From an uncultured delta proteobacterium (lineage in GTDB: Bacteria > Desulfobacterota > Binatia > DP-6): DNA of 64,000 bases. Positions 1-11,083 of this stretch are shown here, piece after piece. The notes beneath the pieces were generated by a model, which ran no database searches, was not told the DNA's origin, and was given only the letters and a program-made list of their open reading frames with translations. The position numbers were made by a program, and so were the translations under genes. Every line of letters starts with the position of its first letter. The first letter of the stretch is position 1. The stretch spans positions 1,568,001 to 1,632,000 of the forward strand of contig CAWFFN010000009.1 of the NCBI GenBank assembly GCA_963815115.1, read 5' to 3'.

Positions 1-1536
1 GGCGGCGTCGTAGAGGAACGGCCGTCCCGCGACCACGGAGGACGGCTCCGGATTGTACAGCGGCGCCCGCTGGGTCTCCCCGTGGGTCCCGAGATCGACG
101 ACCGACACGGTGTTGTCGAAGCGGGTGAGGACGTAGAGCCGGTTGCGCGCCGAGTCGAGGACGAGGCCGCTCGGACCGCCGCCCGTCAGCGAGATGTAGC
201 TGGCGCTGTCGGCGACCGGGTCGAACGTGTCGCCCTCGAGTGCCGCGGTGCCGAAGACGCCGATCTTGCCGGAGCCGAACGCCGCGACGTACAGCGTGCC
301 GCCGTCCGGCGACACCGCCATGCCGACCGGCATCGAGAGGCTGTGGTCCTTGACTCCCGCGGGTGCGGGCAGCTGCGAGTAGTCGATGTGCTTGTTCAGG
401 TGACGCGGCGCCACGCCGCTACCGGAGAGGACGGTGATGCGCGATTCGGCGAGATGACCCTGCACGGTGCTGCCGCCGAAGATGCCCGGCCCCTCGAAGC
501 GGACCTCGTTGCGGGCTTCGGTGTTGGACACGTAGACCTTGCCGCTCACCGGATTGACGCTCATGTTGAACAGCGTCGTGCCGACGCCGCTGAACGCCGT
601 GCCCGGCACGAGCGAGGTCGCGTCGATCGCGAACACGTCCTCGTCGGGCAGGTCGAACTGGACCGCGGGACTCCAGTCGCGGCCGAGCGGATCCTTCCAG
701 GTCCCGGTCGCGGGATCGAAGCGCACGATCAGCCCGGTCTCCGGCGCGCGGGCGCCGGCGTGGTCGGTCCCCGGGCCCGGCAACCCGCCCGGCAGCGTGA
801 CGCCGTCCACGACGCACGGCGCGGCGGCCGTGAAGCCGTCGCACACCGCCGGCTCCGGGATCACGGTCGTCTGGTTGCCCGACTTGAAGACGGCGGCGTA
901 GACGGTCCCGCCGTTCGGGCTCACGGCCAGGGCGCGGGGCGTGTCGCCGAACAGCGTCACGATGCGGATCGGAGCGCCGCCGAACGCGGTCCCGGGCGCG
1001 TTCGCATCGAAGACCCAGACGTCGGCCCGGCCGACGCCGGGGGTGGTGAGCTGCGGATCGCCCGCTCCGGGCACCGCCGCCAGCGATGGATCGATCCGCT
1101 GCTGTCCCCGATGCGCCGTCGTGATGAACGCGCGGTTGCCACCCGGACCGGCGAAGACGATGTCGCGCGGCTCGTCGCCCACCAGCAGGGTGCGCACGAC
1201 GCGCGGCGGGTCGGCGGCGACGTCGACGACGCTGACGCTGTCGGAGAGGTGGTTCACCACCCAGACCTCGCTCGCCGACCGTGCCGCCACGGCCACGGGT
1301 TCCATGCCGACCGGTACCGTGGCTCGGTGCGTCAAGCCCGCGGCGCCGACGTCGAAGATCTCGAGCCGGTCATCCGGCGTGTCGACCGCGAACAGCCGCT
1401 TGCCGTCGGGAGACAGGGCGAGGGGCCGCACCTGTCCGCTCTCGAAGGTGACGAAATCCGCACCCCCTGCGGCGCTGGCGAGGAACGCGAGCGCAAGGGT
1501 GACGGGACCGAAGAGGCGGCGAATCGTTACCGGCAT
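1..1536 (-). CDS. Secreted YncE/YVTN-type beta-propeller protein; 3' end lies outside the window
   Basis: Absent from the ORF track because it runs off the edge. Manual translation from ATG 1536 (GGAGG at 1545-1549) gives [63 protein letters not shown]...[32 protein letters not shown], i.e. a signal peptide followed by YVTN-like blades. Confidence 0.8.
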   Translation of the reverse strand, partial: MPVTIRRLFGPVTLALAFLASAAGGADFVTFESGQVRPLALSPDGKRLFAVDTPDDRLEIFDVGAAGLTHRATVPVGMEPVAVAARSASEVWVVNHLSDSVSVVDVAADPPRVVRTLLVGDEPRDIVFAGPGGNRAFITTAHRGQQRIDPSLAAVPGAGDPQLTTPGVGRADVWVFDANAPGTAFGGAPIRIVTLFGDTPRALAVSPNGGTVYAAVFKSGNQTTVIPEPAVCDGFTAAAPCVVDGVTLPGGLPGPGTDHAGARAPETGLIVRFDPATGTWKDPLGRDWSPAVQFDLPDEDVFAIDATSLVPGTAFSGVGTTLFNMSVNPVSGKVYVSNTEARNEVRFEGPGIFGGSTVQGHLAESRITVLSGSGVAPRHLNKHIDYSQLPAPAGVKDHSLSMPVGMAVSPDGGTLYVAAFGSGKIGVFGTAALEGDTFDPVADSASYISLTGGGPSGLVLDSARNRLYVLTRFDNTVSVVDLGTHGETQRAPLYNPEPSSVVAGRPFLYDAA

Positions 1537-1775
1537 CACGGGTACCTCCCTGCTGGTCGAAGGCTGGGCGTCCCGAACGCTACCCACCGGGGGGATGGCG
1601 TCAACGGAAACGGCGCAACTGGCAGTCCGAGCGTCCGAACGGTCGCAGGGCCGTCGCGTCCACGAGGCCTCGAGGGCCGGTCTTGGCGGCCTCGACACGC
1701 CTTTTTGCTTGACGACCGCCGGCGTATCCCGTACGCCCCGGAAGGTCACATCTCGCGTCGAGGGGGAGGGTCGAG

Positions 1776-4052
1776 ATGCGCCCCAGCGTATCCTGTATCG
1801 CGGCCTGTCTGGCCGTCGCCGTGCTCGCCCCACGCTCGGGGCTCGCCGGGCAGACCAAGGACCAGCAGTCCTGCGTCAACGACATGAACAAGTTCGGCGA
1901 GCGCGTCGCCAAGAGCCAGGACGGCGCCGGCCTTGACTGCATCAAGAACGCCGGCCGCGGGATCCTCTTCCGGCTCGGGATCCCGCCGCAGGCGCAGACC
2001 GCGCAGGCGTGCCTGACCAACGACGTCGGCGGCAAGGTCGCGAAGGCCACCACGAAGCTCCAGGAGCGCGACGCGAGCAAGTGCCTCGAGACGCCGGAGC
2101 AGCTCCCGCCGTTCGGGTACGCGGGCGCCGCCGCGACCGATGCCGCGGCACGTGCGGCCGCGCTCGGCATCATCGCGGGCCTCTTCGGAGCGGACCTCGA
2201 CGCTGCGATCGTCTCCGACGACGCCGACCAGGACGGGGCGCGCTGTCAGAGCGAGGTGGCGCGCTACACCACCGACCTCTTCGAGAGCATCTGGAAAGAG
2301 GCGCTCAAGGCCAAGAAGAACGGCCTCAGCGGCTCGGGGCGGTTGACCGGCAGCGATCCGCACGCCCCCGTCGGCTCGGCGGCCGAGCTCGCCGGCGAGC
2401 TGGTCGCGGCGATCCAGGGCGACGAGCGCGGCAAGATCGCCAAGGCGGCGCTCAAGCTGCACGACAAGACCGTGCAGCGCTGCACCGGGACGGTCACGCC
2501 GGTCGCGCAGATGTTCCTCGGCTCCTGCGGCACCGCGGCCACCCTCGACGACCTGGCTGCCTGCGCCGAAGGCGTCGCGCGCGGCGCGTTCTACCAGTCG
2601 CTGGCCGGCTTCGACGCGCTGACGTTCGACTGCGATCTCACCGACAACGGTGCCACCGACCTGTCCTGCGAATCGGCGGAGCTGCGCGAGCACGTGCTCG
2701 ATCGCCTCGGCTACGGGCCCGATGCCTGGTCGCGCGCCCGCATCCAGACGCTCGGCGTGCACGACTACATCGAGGAGCAGCTCTCGCCGCAGGCGATCGA
2801 CGACGCCGCGCTCGATGCGCTGCTCGCCGCCTTCCCGAGCTTGACGCAGACGTTCCTGCAGCTGCGGGCGAACTACGACAACAATCCCACCCCGCCCGTG
2901 CTGCCGCTCGCCAACATCGCCAAGGAGCTGAAGCAGGCGAAGGTGCTGCGCGCCGTGGCCACCCACCGCCAGCTCGCCGAGGTGCTGGTGGACTTCTGGC
3001 AGAACCATTTCAACGTGGCGGCGGGCAGCAGCCAGCGGACCAAGTACGACATCAGCCCGTACGACCGGCTGACCATCCGGCCCAACGTGCTCGGCACGTT
3101 CGAGGACCTGCTCCTGGCCGACGCGAAGTCGCCGGCGATGGGCGACTTTCTCGACAACCGGCTGAACAAGGTGAACGGCATCAACGAGAACTACGCTCGC
3201 GAGGTCCTCGAGCTGCACACCGTGAGCGTGAACGGGCCCTACACGGAAGCGGACATCCCGGAGCTGGCGCGCTGCTTCACCGGCTGGAAGGAGAACTACA
3301 ACAACGCGGACGCCTTCCAGTTCGCCGCCAACCTGCACGACCAGGGCTCGAAGACGGTGATGGGGGTCCAGATCCCACCCAACGGCGGGATGCAGGACGG
3401 CCTCACCATGATCGACTTCCTCGCCCATCACGCGAGCACCGCGCAGTTCATCAGCCGCAAGCTGACCATCCGCTTCGTCTCCGAGACGCCGCCGCAGCGG
3501 CTGGTCGACGAGGCGGCGGGGGTGTTCCTCGGCTCGGGCGGAGATCTCCGTGCCGTGCTCGAGACCATCTTTCTGTCGCCCGAGTTCCTGTCGTCGCCGC
3601 AGTACCGGCACGCCAAGTCGAAGCGGCCGCTCGTCTTCTACGCCAGCCTGGCGCGGGCGCTCGGCGCCGCTCCGGCGCAGCTCAACAGCAATCAGCTGCG
3701 CAACCGGGTGGCGGACATGGGCGAGGACCTCTACGACGCCGGCCCGCCGACCGGCTATCCCGACGTCTCGAGCTTCTGGTTCTCGCCCGGCACGGCCGTG
3801 AAACGTTTCAACGACGCGGAGGCCGCGAGCCGGGGCTCCTACGGGCTCGTGTACACGTATCCGATCAGCGGGGGCACCTCGGTCCAGGTGACGGATGCCC
3901 TGGCCGGCATGCTGTTCGTCGCGCCGGTCTCCTCGGCGACCCGCGATGCGACCATCGGCTTCCTCGACGTGCTGCCGGAGCCGGTGGCGACGAAGCGCGT
4001 CCAGCAGGCGGCCGCGGTGCTCCTCTCGAGCCCCGAGTTCCTGTCCCACTGA
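1776..4052 (+). CDS. DUF1800-family protein with signal peptide and Cys-rich N-terminal extension
   Basis: C-terminal ~450 aa carry typical motifs ([41 protein letters not shown]). The N-terminal ~300 aa are Cys-patterned and predicted helical. Confidence 0.85.
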   Translation: MRPSVSCIAACLAVAVLAPRSGLAGQTKDQQSCVNDMNKFGERVAKSQDGAGLDCIKNAGRGILFRLGIPPQAQTAQACLTNDVGGKVAKATTKLQERDASKCLETPEQLPPFGYAGAAATDAAARAAALGIIAGLFGADLDAAIVSDDADQDGARCQSEVARYTTDLFESIWKEALKAKKNGLSGSGRLTGSDPHAPVGSAAELAGELVAAIQGDERGKIAKAALKLHDKTVQRCTGTVTPVAQMFLGSCGTAATLDDLAACAEGVARGAFYQSLAGFDALTFDCDLTDNGATDLSCESAELREHVLDRLGYGPDAWSRARIQTLGVHDYIEEQLSPQAIDDAALDALLAAFPSLTQTFLQLRANYDNNPTPPVLPLANIAKELKQAKVLRAVATHRQLAEVLVDFWQNHFNVAAGSSQRTKYDISPYDRLTIRPNVLGTFEDLLLADAKSPAMGDFLDNRLNKVNGINENYAREVLELHTVSVNGPYTEADIPELARCFTGWKENYNNADAFQFAANLHDQGSKTVMGVQIPPNGGMQDGLTMIDFLAHHASTAQFISRKLTIRFVSETPPQRLVDEAAGVFLGSGGDLRAVLETIFLSPEFLSSPQYRHAKSKRPLVFYASLARALGAAPAQLNSNQLRNRVADMGEDLYDAGPPTGYPDVSSFWFSPGTAVKRFNDAEAASRGSYGLVYTYPISGGTSVQVTDALAGMLFVAPVSSATRDATIGFLDVLPEPVATKRVQQAAAVLLSSPEFLSH

Positions 4053-4069
4053 GCAGAGGGAGAAGGGCG

Positions 4070-5272
4070 ATGATGCTCACGCGCAGACAGCTGCTCCACT
4101 CGACCGCCGTCGGCATGACGGCGTTCCTCCTCCCGCCCTGGCTGCGATCGGCGCGGGCCGCGGGCACCGATCCGGTCCTGGTGTCGATCTTCCAGCGCGG
4201 CGCCGCCGACGGGCTCAATACCGTGGTGCCGGCCGGCGATCCCTTCTACTACTCGAGCCGGGCGACCATCCAGGTGGCGCCGGGGAGCGAGCTGCCGCTC
4301 GACTCCTTCTTCGGCCTGAACCCCGCCTTCGGCGATCTCCTGGACCTCTACCAGGGGGGCGATCTCTGCTTCCTCCACGCGGCCGGCAGCACCGATGCGT
4401 CGCGTTCGCACTTCGATGCGCAGGACTTCATGGACCGTGCGGCGCCGGGCAACAAGTCGGTCGTCGACGGCTGGCTGAATCGCTACCTCGGAGTCGCCGG
4501 CCTGAGCGACCCGATCGCCGGGATCAGCATCTCGAACGCCACGGCGAAGTCGCTGGCCGGGGCGGCGCCCTCGCTCGCCTTCGAGTCGATCGCGGGCTTC
4601 ACGCTGACCGGCAACTGGGCGACCGAGCGACGGGCCGCGCTCGACGTCCGCTACGGCCTGCTCGCCGGCACCTTGATGGGTGACAAGGTGATCGACGCGT
4701 TCGAGGCCATCGATCTGGTGGACTCGGTCGACACCACGACCAGCGTGGTCTACCCGGCGGGCGACCTGGGATCGGCGCTGAAGGACGCGGCCGCGCTGGT
4801 GAAGGGCAACATCGGCGTGCGCGTCATCGCCATCAGCATCGGCGGCTGGGATCACCACACGAACCTCGTCGTCCAGCTGGGTGATCTCGGGATGGAGCTG
4901 GCGGGCTGCCTGAAGGCGTTCCACGACGACCTGGGCTCCGACCTCGGCCGCACGCTCACGCTCGTCATGACCGAGTTCGGACGGCGCGTCGATCAGAACG
5001 GTGGGGGTGGTACCGACCACGGCCATGGCGGGGTCATGATGGCCATGGGCGGCGGCATCGCCGGTGGCCGCGTGATCGTTCGCGACGGGACGTGGCCGGG
5101 GCTCGCGCCCGCGAACCGCTTCATCGGCCAGGACCTCCAGGTGACCACGGACTTCCGCGACGTGTTCGCCGAGGCGCTCGACCGCCACATGGGCACGGCG
5201 GTGTCGCAGCTCGGTCCGGTCTTCCCTTCCTACTCGCCGAGCGCTGCGAAGTTCCCGGGACTCTACGCCTGA
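4070..5272 (+). CDS. DUF1501-family protein with Tat-type signal
   Basis: Real start MMLTRRQLL lies inside track ORF 2009..5272. Motifs QRGAADGLN, SRSHFDAQ, GGWDHH, TEFGRR, GTDHGHG, TTDFRDV; usual partner of DUF1800. Confidence 0.9.
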   Translation: MMLTRRQLLHSTAVGMTAFLLPPWLRSARAAGTDPVLVSIFQRGAADGLNTVVPAGDPFYYSSRATIQVAPGSELPLDSFFGLNPAFGDLLDLYQGGDLCFLHAAGSTDASRSHFDAQDFMDRAAPGNKSVVDGWLNRYLGVAGLSDPIAGISISNATAKSLAGAAPSLAFESIAGFTLTGNWATERRAALDVRYGLLAGTLMGDKVIDAFEAIDLVDSVDTTTSVVYPAGDLGSALKDAAALVKGNIGVRVIAISIGGWDHHTNLVVQLGDLGMELAGCLKAFHDDLGSDLGRTLTLVMTEFGRRVDQNGGGGTDHGHGGVMMAMGGGIAGGRVIVRDGTWPGLAPANRFIGQDLQVTTDFRDVFAEALDRHMGTAVSQLGPVFPSYSPSAAKFPGLYA

Positions 5273-5301
5273 CGCTGCGCCGGGCTGAGGCGCCGCGATT
5301 C

Positions 5302-5320
5302 GCCGCCGGCGGCGGCTTTG
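5302..5320 (+). terminator. Possible weak intrinsic terminator
   Basis: GCCGCC-GGC-GGCGGC hairpin followed by TTTG, ~30 nt after the DUF1501 stop; U-tract is short. Confidence 0.3.
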
Positions 5321-5358
5321 TGTGGCCCCTTGAGCCCCCTCGATGTGTCGCCCGGACC

Positions 5359-5659
5359 CTGGAGCTTTCGGACATTTCATTCGCTGAGCGACTTCCAGCG
5401 AAACACCAAGGAACATCTACGTGAGATGGAACGGACGGGAAACCCGCGGGTGCTGACCGTCAACGGCAAAGCGCGGGTAGTCGTGCAGGATGCTCGGTCG
5501 TATCAGCGGTTGCTCCGGAAGGTCGAGGAGGCGGACGCCATTCTCACCCTGCGCGGCCGTCTTGCATCGCTTCGGCGGGAGAAAAAGGGTCGTGATCTCT
5601 TCGAGGTGCTTGAGGAGCTGGGGGAGGGGGAACGCGTGCGGCGGCCTCGGAGGAGATGA
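5359..5659 (+). pseudogene. Phd/YefM-family antitoxin with damaged N-terminus
   Basis: HSLSDFQRNTKEHLREMERTGNPRVLTVNGKARVVVQDARSYQRLL is Phd-like. The expected preceding LELSDI lies in another frame (extra T at 5375-5377) and no clear start codon remains. Confidence 0.7.
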
Positions 5660-5715
5660 GATATCGTGTTCGCCTGCATCCCGGCGGGTCGAAGGTCGGA
5701 GACCCCGAACGGTGA
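5656..5715 (+). pseudogene. Truncated RelE/ParE-like toxin remnant
   Basis: ATG overlaps the antitoxin stop (ATGA) and reads MRYRVRLHPGGSKVGDPER*. MRYRVRL resembles ParE/RelE N-termini but the frame closes after 19 aa. Confidence 0.4.
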
Positions 5716-5744
5716 CGACCATCCGTGCGGTGTATTTCGCAGCG

Positions 5745-6540
5745 CTAATCGAGGCCGTTCCACACCGGCGAGGCGCCCGCCGCCGGCATCGATCCTCTCT
5801 CGAACAGCGCGTCGGGCAGGTCGACCCCGTAGCGCAGATTGCTGACGACGATCTCGCTCGCGCCGCCGCTCTGCTTGTCCTGCATCTTGACCCGCGTCGC
5901 GACCGGCTGGCCGTCGATGGTGGTGACGTCCTGGAAGGTCTCCACCTTCCAGAGCTGACCCGCCGGGTCGTAGTAGTCGCGCTCGAGCGGCAGGCTGGTG
6001 GCGGGATCGATCCAGGCCACGATCTTCGAGTAGTACCAGGGACTCTCCGGCGTCTGCTCGATCTTGAAGGCGTCCTTGCCGGCGTGCTTCTCGCTGCCGA
6101 TCAGGCGGTACTTGTCGCGCAGGCTGACGAACCCCAGGTCGGCGTAGAAGAAATCGGACCCCAGCACGGGCTCGTAGGCTCCCGCGGGAGTGAGCGTCCG
6201 CACGCGCCGGATGGTGGGGATGTAGAGCGCCCGCTCCGGCGGGGTCTTCTTGTCGCCGTCGATCAGCAGGCTGGCGACGCCGCGCTCCTCCTTGGGGGTC
6301 AGCAGCACGGTCAGCATGCGACCCTTGCCGTCGATGTTCTTGCGGGCCTGGGCGAGCGTCCACTGCGTCGTGCCGCCGTCCTCGCCGCTGATCGAGAGCT
6401 TCATCTGCCGCAGGCTCGACTTCGGGGGCTCGAGTGCCTCCTTCATCTTGGCGACCAGGGCGGCGCCGTCGGGAGGCGCGGCGGCGGCGGTCCGGGCGGC
6501 CAGCGTCACGAGAGCCAGAGCGAGCATGCGAGTTCGCATG
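5745..6540 (-). CDS. Outer-membrane lipoprotein-sorting (LolA-like) protein
   Basis: Signal peptide; motifs LYIPTIRRVRTL, VLGSDFFYADL, YSKIVAWID, DYYDPAGQLWK, YGVDLPDALF. Start codon near 6540 or at 6551. Confidence 0.8.
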
Positions 6541-6602
6541 CAGGCTGCCATAGCTGGTCGGCCGCGAGGTTGACAAGCCGGACGGCAGGAGCCGTCGGGC
6601 GT

Positions 6603-7616
6603 TTACGTGCGCAGCGCGGGCACGATCTCGCGCGCCAGGCTGCTCACGGTGCCGACGCCGAGCTCTGGCGCCATGCCGGTCGAGCCGGCGATCACGTGGA
6701 CGAAGTCGAGGCCGAGGCCGGCGAGCGCGCGGAAGCGGGGCAGCGCCGCAGATGCCGGTCCGGCGATCGCGAACCAGTCGACGAAGTCGTCGCCGATGCC
6801 GGCAGTGTGGGCGACGCCGGTGCGCGTGTGGTCGCGCATGTCGTAGTGCGTGCGAAGGTACTCCGCGGCGCGGCGCAGCGGTGCGGGGAGCCGGTCGAGC
6901 GGGCTCCCCGGCAGCGCGGAGAAGCGCGCGAAGGTCGCCGCCGAGCCGCGCACGGCGTCGCGTGCGATCGCGACGTCGTCGTGCAGCACGCAGGTGACGT
7001 AGGCGCCGTAGCGCAGCGACGCGGGATCGCGGCCCGCCGCCTCGGCAGCCCGGCGGGCGAACGCCAGCTTCTCGCGAACGTGCTCGGGATCGGCGCCCAC
7101 GGCGAGGCAGACGCGGTCGGCGTGGCGCGCTGCGACCTCGATCACCCGCGGGCCCGTCGCGGCGACCTCGACCGGCACCTTCTCGACGCGCGCGTGCGGG
7201 AGCCACTCGAGGCGGCTCTCGAAGCCGTCGCGATCGACGGCGTCACCCCGGAGGTAGGACTGCACCGCCGCGACGTACCGGGCGAAGCGCGCCACCGGAT
7301 CCTGCGTCTTGCCGATGCGCTGCACCGAGGAATCGCCCCGGCCGATGCCGAGCACCGCCCGGCCGGCGCTCTCGACCTGGAGGGACAGCGCCGCCGACGC
7401 CGTCACGGCCGGGTCGCGCGTGACCGAGTTGGTCACGCCGGGACCGAGCCGGATGCGCGACGTCGCCTTCGCGGCGAGCATGAGCTGTCCCCACACCTCG
7501 GGCGCCAGGTTCTGGCTGTCGGGAATGACGAGGGTCGCGAAGCCGAGGTCCTCGACCATACGGGCGACGGCTTCCATCCGCCGCGGCCCGGGGATCATCA
7601 GGAGGCCGAAGTCCAT
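6603..7616 (-). CDS. LLM-class flavin-dependent oxidoreductase
   Basis: Start MDFGLL at 7616; motifs DSQNL, IRLGPGVTNSVTRDPAVTA, GRAVLGIGRGDS, VAATGPRVIEVAARHAD. Confidence 0.88.
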   Translation of the reverse strand: MDFGLLMIPGPRRMEAVARMVEDLGFATLVIPDSQNLAPEVWGQLMLAAKATSRIRLGPGVTNSVTRDPAVTASAALSLQVESAGRAVLGIGRGDSSVQRIGKTQDPVARFARYVAAVQSYLRGDAVDRDGFESRLEWLPHARVEKVPVEVAATGPRVIEVAARHADRVCLAVGADPEHVREKLAFARRAAEAAGRDPASLRYGAYVTCVLHDDVAIARDAVRGSAATFARFSALPGSPLDRLPAPLRRAAEYLRTHYDMRDHTRTGVAHTAGIGDDFVDWFAIAGPASAALPRFRALAGLGLDFVHVIAGSTGMAPELGVGTVSSLAREIVPALRT

Positions 7617-7714
7617 ACGCGTAGTGTAGCGCGCCCAGGTCGATCCCGTACAGCCGCGCGACGGTCGCCAGACGAGCTCGCGTGCGCTGCCCGTCGCTGA
7701 GCTGTGTCGCATAC

Positions 7715-8025
7715 GGCCGCCTTGCGCCGCTCGCTCACTTGGGACCGCGGCCTCGAGCTGGCGCAGCACGCCGCGTTCACCGTGGCCACCGAGGTGCAGG
7801 TCTACTTCTGCGATCCGCAGAGTCCCTGGCAGAGCGGCACGAACGAGAACACGAACCGCTTGCTCCGCCAGTACTTGCCCAAAGGCACCGACGTGGCCGC
7901 GCACTCCCAAGCCGCGCTCAACCGCATCGCGCACCGCCTCAATACGCGCCCCCGGAAAAACCTTGGCCTATCGGACCCCAGCGGATAGCTTCGCGGCAGC
8001 GTTGCGATGACCGGTTGAACCCGCA
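7715..8025 (+). mobile_element. IS30-family remnant: transposase C-terminus and right end
   Basis: RRSLTWDRGLELAQH...YFCDPQSPWQSGTNENTNRLLRQYLPKGTD...LNTRPRK is the IS30 DDE C-terminal region. It is degenerate near the end and followed by GTTGCGATGACCGGTTGAACCCGCA (8001-8025), which resembles an IS30 end. Confidence 0.85.
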
Positions 8026-8045
8026 CGACTTATCTGGCCCGCTCG

Positions 8046-8490
8046 ATGGTGGGCGCGATCGGCGGCGGCATCCTCTTCGGCGCGCTGTCGGGCCCCATCG
8101 GGCGGCGGCGCGCGATGGTGATCGCGCTCCTCGGGGCGCTCGCGGTCGTCCCGCTCTGGGCCTTCGCGCCGCATCCAGCCGCGCTCGTCGCCGGGGCCTT
8201 CCTCCTCCAGCTCATGGTGCAGGGTGCCTGGGGCGTCATCCCGGCCCACATCACGGAGCTGTCCCCGGACCAGGTGCGCGGCTTCCTGCCTGGCTTCGCC
8301 TACCAGTGCGGCGTCCTGGCCGCGAGCTCGGTGGCGTACGTCGAAGCGCTCCTCGCCGAGCGCACCAGCTACGCCAGCGCGATGGCCTCGGTCGCGGTCG
8401 TGGTGCTCTCGGTCGCCGCCGTGGTGGTGGCGCTGGGGCCCGAGCGCTCCGGCGTTGTGTTCGGGAGCGCACCTCATCAGAGGACGGCGA
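8046..8490 (+). pseudogene. C-terminal fragment of an MFS carboxylate/sialate:H+ symporter (SHS/JEN-like)
   Basis: GALSGPIGRRRAM and VQGAWGVIPAHITELSPDQVRGFLPGFAYQCG; only the last ~5 TM segments remain, bounded by the IS30 end and the IS630 left end. Confidence 0.75.
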
Positions 8491-9624
8491 CTAGTACACC
8501 GCCGTCCAGATTGAATCAACGTGACATCCCTTCGTCCAACATGGCATGGGACGAGGGGTGGAGGTGGTGGTCACGGCCAAGCAGCGGCGCGCGCTGACCC
8601 AGGTGGTGGCCCGAGCGGTGGCGCCGGCGCAGGAAGTGCGCCGGGCGCAGGTGATTCTGTGGAGTGCCGACGGCGTCGCAGGAGCGGAGATCGCTCGGCG
8701 GCTGCACGTGTCCGCGGAAGCGGTGTCACGGATTCGGCGACGGTTTCTCGATGGCGGCGTCGCGGGGCTCGCGACGCGGCCGAAGGCGGGTCGCAAGGAT
8801 CACGCCGTTCCCGCGCAGACGGTCGAGCGGCTGGTCGAGCTGGCAATGTCGCCCCGCCGGCCGGCCGGAGCCGGTGGACGACCCGCCTCCTCGCGACGGA
8901 GGTGGGGCTCACCAGCGGGTGCGTCTCCGACGTCCTGCGCCGCAATGACCTCAAGCCGCATCTGGTGCGCACGTACAAGGTGAGCCGTGATCCGAACTTC
9001 GTGGCGAAGGTCCGGGACATCGTGGGACTCTACCTCAATCCGCCCGAACACGCCGTCGTACTCAGCGTGGACGAGAAGACGTCGATCCAAGCGTTGGAGC
9101 GGACGCAACGGCCGCTGCCGTTACGCTCCGGGCGCGCCACGCGGCACACGCACGACTACAAGCGCCACGGGGTCGTCGATCTGTACGCGGCGCTGGAAGT
9201 GGCCACGGGTGAGGTCACGCATCGGCTGAGCGCCAGCCATACCGCGGCGGACTTCCTCGCCTTCATGCGGAAGGTCGTGCGCGCATATCCCGGCCGCGAG
9301 TTGCACGTCATTCTCGACAACTCGTCGACGCACGGCACGCCCGACGTCCGTGCCTGGCTCGCGGCGCATCCCTTGGTGCAGTTTCACTACACCCCGACGA
9401 GCGCCTCCTGGCTCAACCAGGTGGAGGGCTTCTTCGGCATTCTCGGGAAGCAGTCGCTCAGTGTGACGGACTTCCCGTCGAAGCAGGCCCTCTGCGAGCA
9501 TATCGGGGCTTACATGCGCGCCTGGAAGAAGAGCCCCACACCCTTCGCCTGGACCAAGCCGGCGCACGCAATCATTCGGTCACACCGTCGGATGCTTGAG
9601 CGTATCTCGACGGCGGTGCACTAG
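8491..9624 (+). mobile_element. IS630-family insertion sequence with intact ends
   Basis: Left end CTAGTACACCGCCGTCCAGAT matches the reverse complement of the right end CTAGTGCACCGCCGTCGAGAT at 19/21 positions. CTAG at both ends fits the IS630 TA/CTAG target. Confidence 0.9.
8546..9624 (+). pseudogene. IS630 transposase, frameshifted near 8850
   Basis: HTH N-terminus (RRAQVILWSADG...EIARRL) in frame 8546; DDE part (SVDEKTSIQAL, HDYKRHG, ILDNSSTH, ASWLNQVEGFF) in the -1 frame. Junction at TCGCCCCGCC. Confidence 0.85.
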
Positions 9625-9770
9625 GCACCTCCGGCCGCAACGATCGGATGCCGGGGCAACCCGGTGTTGCGGGGTCCTCGCCGTCTGCGAACCGCGCAAC
9701 TGGCCGGCATCACAGGACTTCGTCCCTCGGCACGCCGGCTGCTTCGTGACCGGCCCGGGAGGTACGACCA

Positions 9771-11080
9771 ATGACTCGCACTGCTCGATCGACCAACAGC
9801 ACCGTGGAGCGGCCCTTCGGCCGCAGACGTCTGCTCGGCGTGGCGGCGCTCTCGATGGCGCTCGTGCCGTCGCACGCCGCCCTGGGCGCCGGGAGAACGG
9901 CCACGATTGCCGGGGGCGCAGCGAATCAGGCCCAGTCCACAGCCACCCCACCCAGCATCGTCGCGACCACCGACGTCGTATTCGACGGCACCATCGTCAC
10001 CGCGAGCAACATCGACTCCTTCGCCAAGGACCCGGTGCTCGCCTTCGGTCAGGGCGTCGACGCCGACGGCCGCCCCATCCCGGGGGAGATGTGGGTCCTC
10101 GTCGCGAAGAAGGACAAGGCGATCTTCTACGAGCTCACCGAGGAGCATGCGTCGGGCAAGGGCTCGTATGCCGGCTACACCATCAAGGTGAAGACGGTGA
10201 CGACGCATCAGATCCTCAACTATGGGGTCGGAGAGGACGTGCCCGTGATCGGCAACGATGAGGATGCATTCATCCTGTCGACCACCGAGCTCCTCGTGAG
10301 CTCGAAGTTCCTCCCCGAGCCCCCCATGCAGTGCATGACCCCGAGCGGGCAGCCATGCCCGCCGAGCGTGTCGCTGGTGACCGCAGGCACGGTCGTGCAG
10401 GCGGCGAAGGTGCCCGCGTCGGAGTCGGCCGCGCGGGAGGCGGTGCTCCAGGTGTTCGACGCCGGCGGCACGCTGGTCCTCGAATCCCGCGCGCTGGCCA
10501 TCGCGGCGTCGTCCTCCTCGGGCGACTGCGCGGATTGGGCCGACAACCTCGTGAACAACGTGGAATCGTTCCAGGACGGGATGCTCGGCATCGGGCAAGG
10601 CACCAACAAAGCGCTCACCGCTCTCGGGGGGGCGCCACGGGCGCCATCTGGGGGGCGGCGGGAGGCGGAGGTCTCGGCTCGGCCGCTGGCGCGGCCGGCG
10701 GGGGCCTGGGAGGTGTCACCGCGGGCATCGCGTACAGCGACGAGGTCGTGGACCCGCTGACGAACGGCATTCACAACGCGGCGCAGGCCGTCACCAGCCC
10801 GGTGCTCCGGGTACTGGCGGACGGCGCCTGCGAGCTCGGAACGCTGGGCTCCGACATCCTTGCCGCCATCGAGGAGATCGACCTCGCGTCCGGCGAGATG
10901 GAAGACTGCGGCGGTGAGATGGTGTGCGACGCCTACGGCACGGAGCAGATCGGTTCGGTCGCGACGTCCGGAACCGACACCCTCCCCGACGGGACCACGG
11001 TGGAGTCCGTCACCGTCCAGCCGGTCGACGGGCAGGTGTGCATCGAGTCCCATGTCGAGTTCGCGTGCGCGACCATCTAG
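9771..11080 (+). pseudogene. Secreted hypothetical protein with glycine-zipper segment, split by a frameshift
   Basis: ORF 9771 has a signal-like start (GRRRLLGVAALSMALVPSHAALG). Coding-like sequence continues as GATGAIWGAAGGGGLGSAAGAAGGGLGGVTAGIA... in the -1 frame after the G7 run at 10626-10632. Confidence 0.6.
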
Positions 11081-11083
11081 CGC

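Noticed and set aside
82-1887. 601-aa + strand ORF
   Set aside because: Antisense shadow of the real minus-strand beta-propeller gene; Arg/Ala/Gly-rich with no motifs.
2009-4069. N-terminal part of the 1087-aa ORF, suggesting a giant DUF1501 fusion
   Set aside because: Off-frame overlap with DUF1800; DUF1501 has its own start and Tat-type signal at 4070.
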